Of a stretch of 64,000 bases of DNA, positions 20,019 through 29,459 are shown one piece after another. The position numbers and the translations under genes were made by a program. Every line of letters begins with the position of its first letter. The stretch's first letter is position 1. Source of the stretch: a virus; the IMG/VR virus record IMGVR_UViG_3300018432_000013, positions 32,001 to 96,000 of that record. One strand, given 5' to 3'. The notes under the pieces were generated by a model that did no database searches, had not been told where the DNA came from, and saw nothing but the letters and a program-made list of their open reading frames with translations.

Positions 20019-21988
20019 GGCTCGACCTCACCCGCAGGCGCCCGCGCGCGCTCCGCTTCCGTCCGCGTGACGAGCTTTCGCGTCACGACACGCGCCATCT
20101 TGTTTCGAAGCGCGACGAGCACGCTCGCAATCTCGTCGAGGTCCTCCTCGTCGACCTCGACCTCGAACTGCTTGCGCGCAGGCGTCACGCGCTGCTTGGG
20201 CGGCTTGGGCGGCTTGTTGCCACCGAACTGCCCGTTCGGCGTGCGTCCCTGGCCATCTGCGGGCGCCTGGTTGTCGCCCGTCTCAGTTGTCGACGACTCG
20301 GGCTCGGAGTTCGGCGCCTGGTTGTCCGGGTTGGTGTCTTCTGCTTCCGGCGTGGAGGCGCCGAGCCCGTCTGACTGGTTGACGCTCGCCAGGGTGAGCT
20401 TGAGCGGCATGTCAGCCCAGGGCGCGTCGATGCGCGGGAAGTTGCGGTTGAAGACCCCCTGCGAGAGCTCCATCAGGATGTTGGGCGGGATGAAGTCCTG
20501 CAGATCGTGAATCATCTTGGCGAGCGACTCTGGATCGCGCTGCGTTGGGCCGTTCGACTTGAGCTTCCAACGCTTGACGTTGAGCGCCGGCAGGATGTCG
20601 CGGTTCATGCGGTAGTCGAACGTCTGGCGCTCCGGCTCGAACACCTGCCGCTCTGCGAAATCCAGGGCGGCCATCGCTGTACTGCGGTTGAAGTCGCGCG
20701 TGTCGCCACGCAGCATCCTGGGCAGTCGAAACGACATGCCCACCTTGTCGATATTACGCTCGTCGTAGTTCTGAAAGAGCCCGTCCGAGTTCTGCGCTTC
20801 CGTGAGCGGCTTGAGCTCGATCTTCATGCGGCCCGAGTTCTCAAACGCCTGCGACTCACCACCCTCCGCCTCGATGACGAGAATCTTGTGGTAGTTCTGC
20901 TTGCCGCGGATGTTGTTGGTGATGAAGCTCTCGAGCCGCTCGGTCGAGTCCTTCGTCAACCTGCCTCCCGAGACGAGCACCGCGAGTGGCGGCACGCTCT
21001 TGTTCTCGAAGTAGCTGAAGTTGACCTCTTCGGACTGGCGCGAGCCGAAGACGCTGAGCAGGTTTCCGATCCAACGCGGCACGCCGTACGCCGTACGCGA
21101 AGAGGGCACCTTGAAGTGCATCATCTCGGTAGCCGCAGTGCTGTGCTTCTCGTCGAGCTGCATCGCGTCGACGTCCGCAAACGCCTTGCCCGAGCGCGAG
21201 CTCACAACGCGTGGATCTCCAAACTCCTTGAAGAAGACCGCTTGCCCGGCGACCTTCTGAATGTAGCGGCGAAACCGGCGCTTGCGTGTGACGTCCTCGA
21301 AGTCCTGGGTGGGCGTGCGCCGCTTGGTTTTGTACTCGGTCATCTCGACGTCGAGCTTCGTCAGGCGCACGGTGAAGGCTTCGACGTAGTTGAACTGGGA
21401 AATCCCGCCCACTCGATTGCGAACGACCTCCCAGTACCCGTTGCCGGTAATCTCGACGTCCTCTCGCGTGCGGCGGCGCAAGTCGACGAAGCTCATCTCT
21501 GAGCAGTCGTCGAAGAACGCCGCCAGCTTCAGCGTCTCGGCGCGCTGCTCGTTGGCGAGCTGCTTGATACGCTGCTGCACCTCTTCGTCGGTCGGCTCTT
21601 CCACCTGCACGTTGTCGCTGTCGCCCTGGCGCTCCATGGCGATCAGTGCGCGCACGTCATCTTCGGTAGAGTCAGCCTCGAGATCGGTCACCGCAGTGAA
21701 CGCATGGCCGAAGCCGTCGATGTTCGTCGCGTACGCGTCGACATTCTGGCGCAGCGCATTGCTGTGCTCGAACAGCAGCACGAGCACGCGTGGGTCGTAG
21801 GGCGGCTCAAGCGCCCCGCGCTCGCTGAAGAACTGCTCATCCTCTTCGATGTTCTGAATCGCGCGTGTCTCGAGCACGCCTTCGTCACGCAGCTTGATGA
21901 TGCGTGCGCGCACCTCGCCGATGCGCGGGTCTCGCCCAAACCCATTTTCATCGACCGGCGCAGCCGTCGTTTCAGTCTCATCTGCCAC
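20015..21988 (-). CDS. Portal protein (PBSX XkdE-like)
   Basis: LEPPYDP, D.E.TGNGYWEVVR, YGVPRWIG, N.SYFEN.SVP, FRLP.ML, FNRSTA. Confidence 0.9.
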   Translation of the reverse strand: MADETETTAAPVDENGFGRDPRIGEVRARIIKLRDEGVLETRAIQNIEEDEQFFSERGALEPPYDPRVLVLLFEHSNALRQNVDAYATNIDGFGHAFTAVTDLEADSTEDDVRALIAMERQGDSDNVQVEEPTDEEVQQRIKQLANEQRAETLKLAAFFDDCSEMSFVDLRRRTREDVEITGNGYWEVVRNRVGGISQFNYVEAFTVRLTKLDVEMTEYKTKRRTPTQDFEDVTRKRRFRRYIQKVAGQAVFFKEFGDPRVVSSRSGKAFADVDAMQLDEKHSTAATEMMHFKVPSSRTAYGVPRWIGNLLSVFGSRQSEEVNFSYFENKSVPPLAVLVSGGRLTKDSTERLESFITNNIRGKQNYHKILVIEAEGGESQAFENSGRMKIELKPLTEAQNSDGLFQNYDERNIDKVGMSFRLPRMLRGDTRDFNRSTAMAALDFAERQVFEPERQTFDYRMNRDILPALNVKRWKLKSNGPTQRDPESLAKMIHDLQDFIPPNILMELSQGVFNRNFPRIDAPWADMPLKLTLASVNQSDGLGASTPEAEDTNPDNQAPNSEPESSTTETGDNQAPADGQGRTPNGQFGGNKPPKPPKQRVTPARKQFEVEVDEEDLDEIASVLVALRNKMARVVTRKLVTRTEAERARAPAGEVEP

Positions 21989-21996
21989 AGCGAACC

Positions 21997-22284
21997 TCAG
22001 CTTTGCTGCACACCTGCAATCAGCATGGTGGCGCTACCCGCGGCCACGCACTTCACACGAACCGAGAACGCATAGAAGTTGATGCCCAAAAAACCAGGCG
22101 CGGTAAACGTGCCGCCGTAGTCCTGGTAGTGGGCGCCGTCGGCGGAGATCTGCACCTGGTACTCCCCCGACGGAAGGTCGTAAATCTGCACGACCTTCTC
22201 TTTGAGGTGGTAGACAGTCAGCGGCGTACCGACGGCATCAAGCGTGGTCGGCACATCGAGTGCCAGCGAATACGGTCGCGACAT
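21997..22284 (-). CDS. Small hypothetical beta-rich protein
   Basis: 95 aa ORF between portal and TerL. Confidence 0.6.
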   Translation of the reverse strand: MSRPYSLALDVPTTLDAVGTPLTVYHLKEKVVQIYDLPSGEYQVQISADGAHYQDYGGTFTAPGFLGINFYAFSVRVKCVAAGSATMLIAGVQQS

Positions 22285-22288
22285 GGGC

Positions 22289-22525
22289 TCACCCTTCTTT
22301 CACGTAGACGATGATCGCTTCGATTGCGCGGCCCGACCTGCTCGCGCGGAAGTTCACACTCTGCACCTGCCGCCCATCTCGCTCAGCGCGACCTCTGGCA
22401 CGTGCAAGCGCATCGTCGTGGCTCTTCACGTCGGTCAGCACGAACCGAAGCAAGAGTGCGCGCTTGCCGTCCTTGCCCGGCTGGTCACCGAACACCTCGA
22501 TGGGCAGCTTCTTTGGGAGCTCCAT
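22289..22525 (-). CDS. Hypothetical protein
   Basis: 78 aa ORF in the operon. Confidence 0.55.
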   Translation of the reverse strand: MELPKKLPIEVFGDQPGKDGKRALLLRFVLTDVKSHDDALARARGRAERDGRQVQSVNFRASRSGRAIEAIIVYVKEG

Positions 22526-22532
22526 GGTCCGC

Positions 22533-23150
22533 TCACTTGCTCGCGTAGAGCGAGCGCAACCGCGCCCGATCCTGGTCAGACAGCAGATACGTGCGTCCGC
22601 CCTCGAGCGACTTGTCCGTCATCAAACTCGACGCATTCGCATCGTGCGCGAGCCCAAGCACATGCCCGAGCTCATGCCGAACAACCGCATGCGCGATGTC
22701 CTCAAGCGCCAGATTCGAGAGGTAGACGGTGCAGACCACGACCTTGCTCGTCGTCAGGTCCGCAACATGACGCACGCGACCGGCTGGGTTGAAACCGCCC
22801 TGCTCGAACGGCACATCAAAGTCTGCGATCACGTCCGCCTGCGCACTCTGGCTCGCAGCGAGCTGCTCAAGTATGTCCAGGCCAAGCTCAGCCTCGAGCG
22901 ACTCCACCGCTTCATAGAACATCTCGTGCTGCCAGGGAGATCCGCCGACCACGTGCGTCTTGAGCGGCATCGGCTTCTGCCACACCACCTCGGTGCAGTC
23001 CCCGACATAGTCGAATGAGCCGTCCGCGCGCACGCAGCCACGCAAGAGGTCCGCCTCTTCGTGCGTCCGAACGCCGTAGATCAGCAGGCCGATCATCGCC
23101 GCCGCGAACGCTACAAAGCCGACTAACGCCCATCGTTCCTTCATCGTCAT
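22533..23150 (-). CDS. Membrane-anchored matrixin (M10-like) zinc metalloprotease
   Basis: HELGHVLGLAH (HExxHxxGxxH), Met-turn SLM, N-terminal TM helix. Confidence 0.85.
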   Translation of the reverse strand: MTMKERWALVGFVAFAAAMIGLLIYGVRTHEEADLLRGCVRADGSFDYVGDCTEVVWQKPMPLKTHVVGGSPWQHEMFYEAVESLEAELGLDILEQLAASQSAQADVIADFDVPFEQGGFNPAGRVRHVADLTTSKVVVCTVYLSNLALEDIAHAVVRHELGHVLGLAHDANASSLMTDKSLEGGRTYLLSDQDRARLRSLYASK

Positions 23151-23186
23151 AGGCCCCTCAACTTGGTGTTGGTGCCCGATCGCGGC

Positions 23187-24767
23187 TCACCCGAGCACAC
23201 GAACTTCACCGCCCCGATGTTTCGCCGCGTACGCACGCGCAGCCTCACGCCCGATCCACTGCGCCATGAGGCAATCGCCGGTGTGCCCGTCTGGGGAGTA
23301 GTAGCGAGTCTCTTGCTCCCAAACTTGGACGTTCGGCTCGGTCACGAGCTGCGTCTCCCCGTTCACCACGCCAAGCTCACAAGGGATGAGCCAGCTTGCC
23401 GCCTCGAGCTCTCCAGCGAGCGATTCGACGCCGTACGCTCGCGAGTGCTTGTTCATGCCCGTGCGAAAGCCGCGCACAAGAATCTCCGGATAGTCTTCGG
23501 CGAGCCACTCAAGCAGGTACTGCTGCGCAGAGTTGTTCTCGACGAACATCCAGCTCCGATAGCGCGTCCAAACATCGACCACCTGCGCGATGATCTCCGG
23601 GCTCTTCCAGCGGCCGCGGCGAATGTTCAGAAGCTGCCGCGTCTGATCTGGCCAGAGCAGGAACGTGAAGAGCACGGTGTGATCGGCGGAGTCCTGCTTC
23701 GAGACGCCGAGGTCGATGCCCGTGAACGTGCGAAAGCCGGGCGCGAAGCGAAACGACTTCGGCCGCAGGTCCCAACTGAGCCCCTTTCTGCGCCAGTACT
23801 CAGGGCCTATCCAATGCACGAAGTCGCGCAGGCTCTTGAACATCGGATAGCCGAGCCCGCGCTGTTTGCACTTGTCGATCCACGCCTGTTGAAACCGCGC
23901 ATCCTCATCCGCATGCGCCTCGCACATCATCATGCGTGCGAACTCGGTCGGGCCGTACTCCTCCGTGCGCACCTTGTTGATGCGCTCCTTGGGCCAGCGC
24001 TGCGGAGACGCGAGGTTGCCCGCCGCATCCATCACCGGGTACTTCTTGGCAAGCCACCCTTGCCGCGCGAGCTCGTGCGCGAAGTCGTCCGGATGAAACG
24101 CGTTGGCGAGCACGATGACTTGCGACCGCTTCGAGAGGCGTGAGAACACCGAGGCGCGGATCCACGTCCCCGTCTTGTTGCGCTGGTACGCCGTGCGCGT
24201 GTTCTCTTCGACCAGCACGTCGTCGATGATGACCACGTCGAGACGCGCGCCCTGCACTGCGCCGTTCGGCGAGACCGCCTGCACCGACGGATCCTTGATG
24301 ATGCCGGGACGCGCGATGGTGATCGCGTGGTCGGTCCACATCACACCCCGGCGCAAGTCCGGAAAGATGTGATGCAGGGTCGCGTTCGTCTCGATGTGCC
24401 GGCGCAACGAGGCGATGATCTTCTTCACCTGCTTCTCAGCCGCCGCGAGGATGGCGATACGCAGGCGAGGATTACGGCCGAGCAGCCAGAGCACCCGGCC
24501 GACCGAGAACTGCTGGCTCTTGCCCGACTCGGGGAACGCCCAGATGACCATGTTGCGGCCCGTGTCCGCCGTCCCATGCCACTCGTAGTGCATGGGCAGC
24601 ATCTCGATCGGGTCGCCGGTCTCCTCGTCCTTGAGCGTGAGCTCGCAGAACAGCGCGCAGTCCTCGCGCGCAAGCTCCAGCAGGCTCGCGTACGCCGCCT
24701 GCGCCTGCTTTACCTCAGCGGCCCGATCGTAGGTCGGATCGCCGCTCTGCATGCTCCTGGCCCCCAC
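23187..24767 (-). CDS. terL: Terminase large subunit
   Basis: Walker A-like FPESGKS, G.R.DVVIIDD Walker B, nuclease motifs GIDLG..D, VENN, HTGD. Confidence 0.9.
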   Translation of the reverse strand: MGARSMQSGDPTYDRAAEVKQAQAAYASLLELAREDCALFCELTLKDEETGDPIEMLPMHYEWHGTADTGRNMVIWAFPESGKSQQFSVGRVLWLLGRNPRLRIAILAAAEKQVKKIIASLRRHIETNATLHHIFPDLRRGVMWTDHAITIARPGIIKDPSVQAVSPNGAVQGARLDVVIIDDVLVEENTRTAYQRNKTGTWIRASVFSRLSKRSQVIVLANAFHPDDFAHELARQGWLAKKYPVMDAAGNLASPQRWPKERINKVRTEEYGPTEFARMMMCEAHADEDARFQQAWIDKCKQRGLGYPMFKSLRDFVHWIGPEYWRRKGLSWDLRPKSFRFAPGFRTFTGIDLGVSKQDSADHTVLFTFLLWPDQTRQLLNIRRGRWKSPEIIAQVVDVWTRYRSWMFVENNSAQQYLLEWLAEDYPEILVRGFRTGMNKHSRAYGVESLAGELEAASWLIPCELGVVNGETQLVTEPNVQVWEQETRYYSPDGHTGDCLMAQWIGREAARAYAAKHRGGEVRVLG

Positions 24768-24823
24768 GGGGCCGAGAGTATCACGAACGACTCCGCTGGC
24801 CGCAACGGGCTAGGTGAGCCGGC

Positions 24824-25144
24824 TCAGTGCACCGAATCGTCGTCTGGAGGCTGGGCCGGGGCCAGCTCAGGCGCGACCAGTCCGAGCGCAACCATGTTCT
24901 CGTGCATGCCTCGGACCATCTCCTCGTTCTCTGCCACCCGCAGGACCTCCTCGCAGATCTCCTCAAACGAATAGTCGGTGTGGTGCACCAACAGGCCTCC
25001 GAGCAGCCCGTGCACGTGCAGCAGCACGTTGGGCGTGATGCCCTTCTGCGGATCGGCCATCAACCGAAGGATCTCCTCAAACGCGATGGCCGCCCGCGCA
25101 GCCGCTTCCACGTGATCTTCGCCGCAGTCTTTACACGCTGCCAT
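24824..25144 (-). CDS. Hypothetical protein
   Basis: ORF from MAACKDC. Confidence 0.55.
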   Translation of the reverse strand: MAACKDCGEDHVEAAARAAIAFEEILRLMADPQKGITPNVLLHVHGLLGGLLVHHTDYSFEEICEEVLRVAENEEMVRGMHENMVALGLVAPELAPAQPPDDDSVH

Positions 25145-25841
25145 GGACCTGCGCCTCCTCCGGGTAACAAACAATGAGATGAGAGCAGGGCCTCTTTTCG
25201 CCGTACATCAAACACGCACTCTTGGTCGGTGGTAGGTCAAGCACGGGCCTTCGTTCTTCCTTCACGAGCGCCATGTAATCGATGAGCTGCGAGCGCGCGC
25301 GTAGCACGCGTGTCGCATCGTCCATGGAGATCTCCGTCTCCACCGGCCGCAGATCGATGGGCTCTGTGCGCTTGTAATAAAGCCACTGCGCCGTGCAGGT
25401 CGTCGTCCCGTAGTGCCTCATCGCGAAGAACGCGTAGATGCAGGCCTGCAGGTTCGTGCGCAGGCGTGGTGCAGTCAGCGCGAATCGATAGTGATCCACC
25501 GTCTTGTGATCGACCACGATGGGCCCGCAGGGAGCAATCCACATCAAGTCGGGCTTCAACCGAAAGCCATGCGCTCCGTACGTGACCACCTCGTCCTGCT
25601 CGATACAGGGGGCGTCCGCAAGCGTCGGGAAGTAGTCGCGCGCGAGCGCAGCAAGCCGCCCCATGGGCTTGGTCAAATCAAACTCGATGCCGTAGCGCAC
25701 GTAGTTCTCGACGTGCGCATGAAGATCGTCGCCATCCTCTTGCGGCTTGCCGCGCGTCTCGTGCCGCCCGCCGTACGCGCTCCACGCCCACTTCCGAACG
25801 CACTCCTCGGCTGTCTTGACCTGGCTGTAGGAGGTAATCAC
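25131..25841 (-). CDS. Cas4/RecB-like PD-(D/E)XK exonuclease
   Basis: SYSQ....C.RKW, G..LH, PD...DHKT, Q...YA, plus three C-terminal Cys (1+3 Fe-S staple pattern); GTG start overlapping the upstream TGA. Confidence 0.8.
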   Translation of the reverse strand: MITSYSQVKTAEECVRKWAWSAYGGRHETRGKPQEDGDDLHAHVENYVRYGIEFDLTKPMGRLAALARDYFPTLADAPCIEQDEVVTYGAHGFRLKPDLMWIAPCGPIVVDHKTVDHYRFALTAPRLRTNLQACIYAFFAMRHYGTTTCTAQWLYYKRTEPIDLRPVETEISMDDATRVLRARSQLIDYMALVKEERRPVLDLPPTKSACLMYGEKRPCSHLIVCYPEEAQVHGSV

Positions 25842-26183
25842 GCGTGTTGCCTCAGCTGTGCTCGGTGGAGACCCGTATCCAACGCAGCCCCGTCTTGCGG
25901 CAGGACGGCGTATGACACGAGGCACTGCGTTATCTGCCGTGGCACTTGCAGTCCAGCCCGCACAACGCGAACCCGTGATTTCCGCAGCCCGCATTCGCGT
26001 CGGTGAGCAACTATCCACAGATACTGATTGGGAAACGGCCATGCTGACAAGCATTCCGCATCTAACCAACGCAACTTAGGTGCGCGAGAGCACACCCATC
26101 CAGCAGGTCGGTACCCTCGATCGATCGCCACGTTCACAATCTAGGTTGGTGCCTCGTTACACGTCTGCTTGACGGCTGTCAGC

Positions 26184-26504
26184 TCACAAACCTTGACGTA
26201 CGTGGGCCAAAAGCTCGTTCGAGCGCACGATCCCGAGCTGCGCCGCGACCGCGACGAACTCCCGCGCGGTGAGGCGCGGACGCGCGCGCAGCGGCGGGTT
26301 TTGGGATGCGAAACCCGACGAAACGGGAGCTGCAACAGCCTTCGACGCCTTTCGAACGGCTGATGCCGCCTCAGAACGAACGACGTACACGTAATTCTGT
26401 GACAACAAAACCCCGCGCGCTAAAGCACGGTCAACGATCTCCCGCGCGGAGAGTTTCTTCGGGCAGCTGAGAATGAACTGCCTCTTCGAGAGGGTACTTT
26501 TCAT
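26184..26504 (-). CDS. Hypothetical DNA-binding protein
   Basis: SKRQFI...LSAREIV..A..RGV.LS.NYVY.VRS wHTH-like N-terminus. Confidence 0.55.
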   Translation of the reverse strand: MKSTLSKRQFILSCPKKLSAREIVDRALARGVLLSQNYVYVVRSEAASAVRKASKAVAAPVSSGFASQNPPLRARPRLTAREFVAVAAQLGIVRSNELLAHVRQGL

Positions 26505-26725
26505 AGGGCGGCACTCTACCTAGAGCCGCGACTCGCCCCCACCGTTTTGTGCACGTTGCGCGCAGAGCGCTTCGATTCGTACCGCTGCGTCTTCCTTAGC
26601 GCGCGCCGCCTCAATCTGCGCCGCACTCTGAAACGCGACGAACATCAGGTGCTGCGCCTCCTGACGCAAATCCGCAGCGAGCTTCGTAAACGGATCTCCA
26701 CTCTCCAGCCCGATCAACATGGCTC

Positions 26726-26998
26726 TCAACCTCCCTCTTCGTCAGGCTCATCAGGCAACTCGCGCAGAAACACGAGGAGCTTGGCCGCGTTCACCGGCCC
26801 AAGCCCCACCTCGAACCGAAAGAGATACTGATCGGTGTCTTCCTCGACCAGGGCGTGGCCCTCAGGTGTCGTGACAACGTCACCGAGCTGCAGGTCAAAT
26901 CGAACGACCTCGAACGCCAGACGCTCTGCGTCACCGGCGACAACGAGCTCGTCGAGCTGCTTTCTCATGGCCTGATGCTGATCGCTGTAGAAGGGCAT
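26726..26998 (-). CDS. Small acidic hypothetical protein
   Basis: 90 aa; GGGCACCAAC motif 8 nt upstream. Confidence 0.55.
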   Translation of the reverse strand: MPFYSDQHQAMRKQLDELVVAGDAERLAFEVVRFDLQLGDVVTTPEGHALVEEDTDQYLFRFEVGLGPVNAAKLLVFLRELPDEPDEEGG

Positions 26999-27035
26999 TA
27001 CTGCAGGTTGGTGCCCGAGATCACGGCCGACTGAG

Positions 27036-27085
27036 AAAAAAAAGAGAGGGCGATGCGGAGCGCCGACAGCCGCATCACCCTCTCT
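27036..27085 (-). terminator. Rho-independent terminator
   Basis: About 16-bp stem AGAGAGGGcGATGCGG / CCGCATCaCCCTCTCT followed on the minus strand by T8. Confidence 0.85.
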
Positions 27086-27155
27086 CCCTCAGGGAAATGA
27101 GGCAGGCAAACTCTACCACCTACCACCTACCAAGCACCCCGCACCTGAGCCCCCA

Positions 27156-27737
27156 TCAAACCTTCGGCTCGTACGGCTCCCAGCGATCCGTATCGAGCAG
27201 CGGTTCGATTTCGATGTGACTCACGGCCGGAAAGCCTAGCGTCTCCGGCGAGGCCAAGGATCGCACCTCTCCAAGCGGACCGTAGGTTCCGTCTTCAAGC
27301 CGCGTGAGCAGAACATGGTCGTTGGGATAGGCCCATTCGAGTCTCCGCACCGCCACCACGTCACGCGCCATCAACTCCCGAAGCGTCATGCCTGCCTCCT
27401 CTCGATCGAGCTCTGCGATCACCTCTGCACCCGGCATCACGAAGCGCGGCGCAGCAACGAGCCCAGACTGCGCTCGATACGTCGCAAGCGTGCGAAGGCG
27501 CGCAAGCTTCAAACGCGCACGTTCAAGCTGCTGACGCGCCGCCGCAAGCTCTTCGAGCAGCTCAAGAACATCATCGGCCAGGTCGAGGCGAAAGAAGTCT
27601 TCAAGGTCGGTAACCAGGCGCTCCAGATCGACCTCGCTGCGGGTGGCAGAGACGGTGATCTCCGGATCGATACGGCTATACGCGTAGCGCGCCGCCTCCG
27701 CGCGCTGCCGCAAAGCAACCAGTAGGCTCTGCTTCAT
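27156..27737 (-). CDS. Hypothetical protein
   Basis: 193 aa ORF in a coupled minus-strand operon. Confidence 0.55.
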   Translation of the reverse strand: MKQSLLVALRQRAEAARYAYSRIDPEITVSATRSEVDLERLVTDLEDFFRLDLADDVLELLEELAAARQQLERARLKLARLRTLATYRAQSGLVAAPRFVMPGAEVIAELDREEAGMTLRELMARDVVAVRRLEWAYPNDHVLLTRLEDGTYGPLGEVRSLASPETLGFPAVSHIEIEPLLDTDRWEPYEPKV

Positions 27738-28000
27738 CAGCCCTCCTGCCTGGCCTGCCGCATCCTGCGCAGCTCCTGCACGGCCTCATCCGCGGCATCC
27801 TGGGCGCCGTACGCCGCGAGCGACGTCGCTGCCTCCGACTCACCGCCCCGCTGCTCACGATACTTGAGCTTGAGCGCCACGAACGCAGTCGCGTACGCGC
27901 ATTCCCAGACTCGTTCCTCGTTGTCGCACCGCAACTCGGGCAGCATGCGAAAGGTTAGTGCCCGATCTCGTTCCGAGTCGGCTCTTGCTTTCCAAAGCAC
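27737..28000 (-). CDS. Hypothetical protein
   Basis: 87 aa, TGATG coupling. Confidence 0.5.
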   Translation of the reverse strand: MLWKARADSERDRALTFRMLPELRCDNEERVWECAYATAFVALKLKYREQRGGESEAATSLAAYGAQDAADEAVQELRRMRQARQEG

Positions 28001-28003
28001 CGT

Positions 28004-28681
28004 TCAGCCGCGGATGTCGATCACCCGACTTGCCTTGTTTTGCAGGCTCAAACGCTCACGCGCCGGCCCTGTCTCGATCGCCTCCATTTGGGGACGTTCA
28101 CTGCGGTGCCGCTCCGTCTCACTCTGCACGGCTTTGATGTACCGGCTAAGCCGGGTGCGCACATCAGGGTGGTGGGTGATCTGCTCATTCTCGAGCGCCG
28201 ACTCCGGCAAGAACGTCACGAGCTTGCTGTCGGTCGGGTCGGTGACCGCGAGCGCCACGCGCCCAAAGAAGTGCACAGCCCAAACGTGTCCATTGTCACG
28301 CGCGAACAGGAACTCTGCCCGGCCGTAGCTAATCAAGCCCATCACATGCTGCAGGGTCCGATAGGCTATCGACTCGCTCACGTGATGGCGCTCGACAAGC
28401 ATCTGGTAGGCGTGCGCGGTGAACCAGGTCCGCTCCTGCGGCGCGTGATCGGCAAAGTTATAGCGCCCGACCTGGAAACCTTCCGGAATCTTCACCACCC
28501 CCGTCGCAGACGGCGACGCAGGTGCAGCAGCTACCTCCACCACCGCAACCGGCGCGGTCACCGCGCTCGCCGTCACCGCAGGCGCGGCCGCCACAGACGC
28601 GCTCTTCAACAACAGACGTTCAGCCACTTTGCCGGCCTGAACCAACAATCCGAGCAGCTCGCGCGTATCGTCATCGAGCAT
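28004..28681 (-). CDS. Hypothetical protein
   Basis: 225 aa with SD GGGAGG. Confidence 0.65.
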   Translation of the reverse strand: MLDDDTRELLGLLVQAGKVAERLLLKSASVAAAPAVTASAVTAPVAVVEVAAAPASPSATGVVKIPEGFQVGRYNFADHAPQERTWFTAHAYQMLVERHHVSESIAYRTLQHVMGLISYGRAEFLFARDNGHVWAVHFFGRVALAVTDPTDSKLVTFLPESALENEQITHHPDVRTRLSRYIKAVQSETERHRSERPQMEAIETGPARERLSLQNKASRVIDIRG

Positions 28682-28760
28682 CGGCGCCTCCCTCTTCTTT
28701 CACGCACTAGCCTGCGACAGGCTTGCGCCAGAGCTCAATAGAAGAGCGCCCTACCTACCC

Positions 28761-29129
28761 TCAGCGCCCTTCCGCTTCCCGCGAAGCCGCCTCGTACACG
28801 AGCTCAAGCACCACGTCCGCCTTCAGCCCGAGCACGTGCGAGACCCCAAACACGTGCGCCAGGAGCCGCTCGCGCTCCGCAGCATCAGGCGCGAGCGCCT
28901 TCGCCCGCTCCCACACCCCGTCGACGATGCGCGGGCCGTGTCCGAGCTCGTAGAAGCGCTTGGGCGGCTTCGGTTCGTCGAGCGCTGCGAACACAGCGTC
29001 GATAAGGCGGCCCCAGTACTCCTGCACGGGCTCGCCAAGGGGCTGATCGGCCACGTAGGCGGGGTAGGTCCGCGCAGCCCTCTCCGCGGCCGCACAGGCC
29101 CGCTCACGCTGCGCGGCCGGAAACTTCAC
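28761..29129 (-). CDS. Hypothetical protein
   Basis: 122 aa with SD AGGAG. Confidence 0.55.
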   Translation of the reverse strand: MKFPAAQRERACAAAERAARTYPAYVADQPLGEPVQEYWGRLIDAVFAALDEPKPPKRFYELGHGPRIVDGVWERAKALAPDAAERERLLAHVFGVSHVLGLKADVVLELVYEAASREAEGR

Positions 29130-29459
29130 GACTTCTCCTGCGTCTGTGCCAACGAAACGAGCATGCCAGCAATCCGCAGAGGCCTACAAGATGCGGCACC
29201 CATGCCGGCACCCAGCCAAACGCCCACGCAAACAGCGACGTCCAGGCGACGTACGAGCCAACGCGGATGGCTCGATCAAGCACGATGCCCGGTCTCCTTC
29301 CGGATGAGCGCAGCAAGCACCCGAGCGCGCGCTTCTGCCTCTTCATCGGTTGCGAACGGGCCGTACTCCGCCGAGCGCTCACCGTTGATGTCCACAATGA
29401 CAAACACCTGCGAGCCACGCCGCTCAAACCCGGTCTGCACCCGCAGCCGGATGACCCCT

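Noticed and set aside
6232-27016. Sigma54 promoters (GGCAC)
   Set aside because: The motif is GGGCACCAAC, without the TGGCAC-N5-TTGC -24/-12 arrangement
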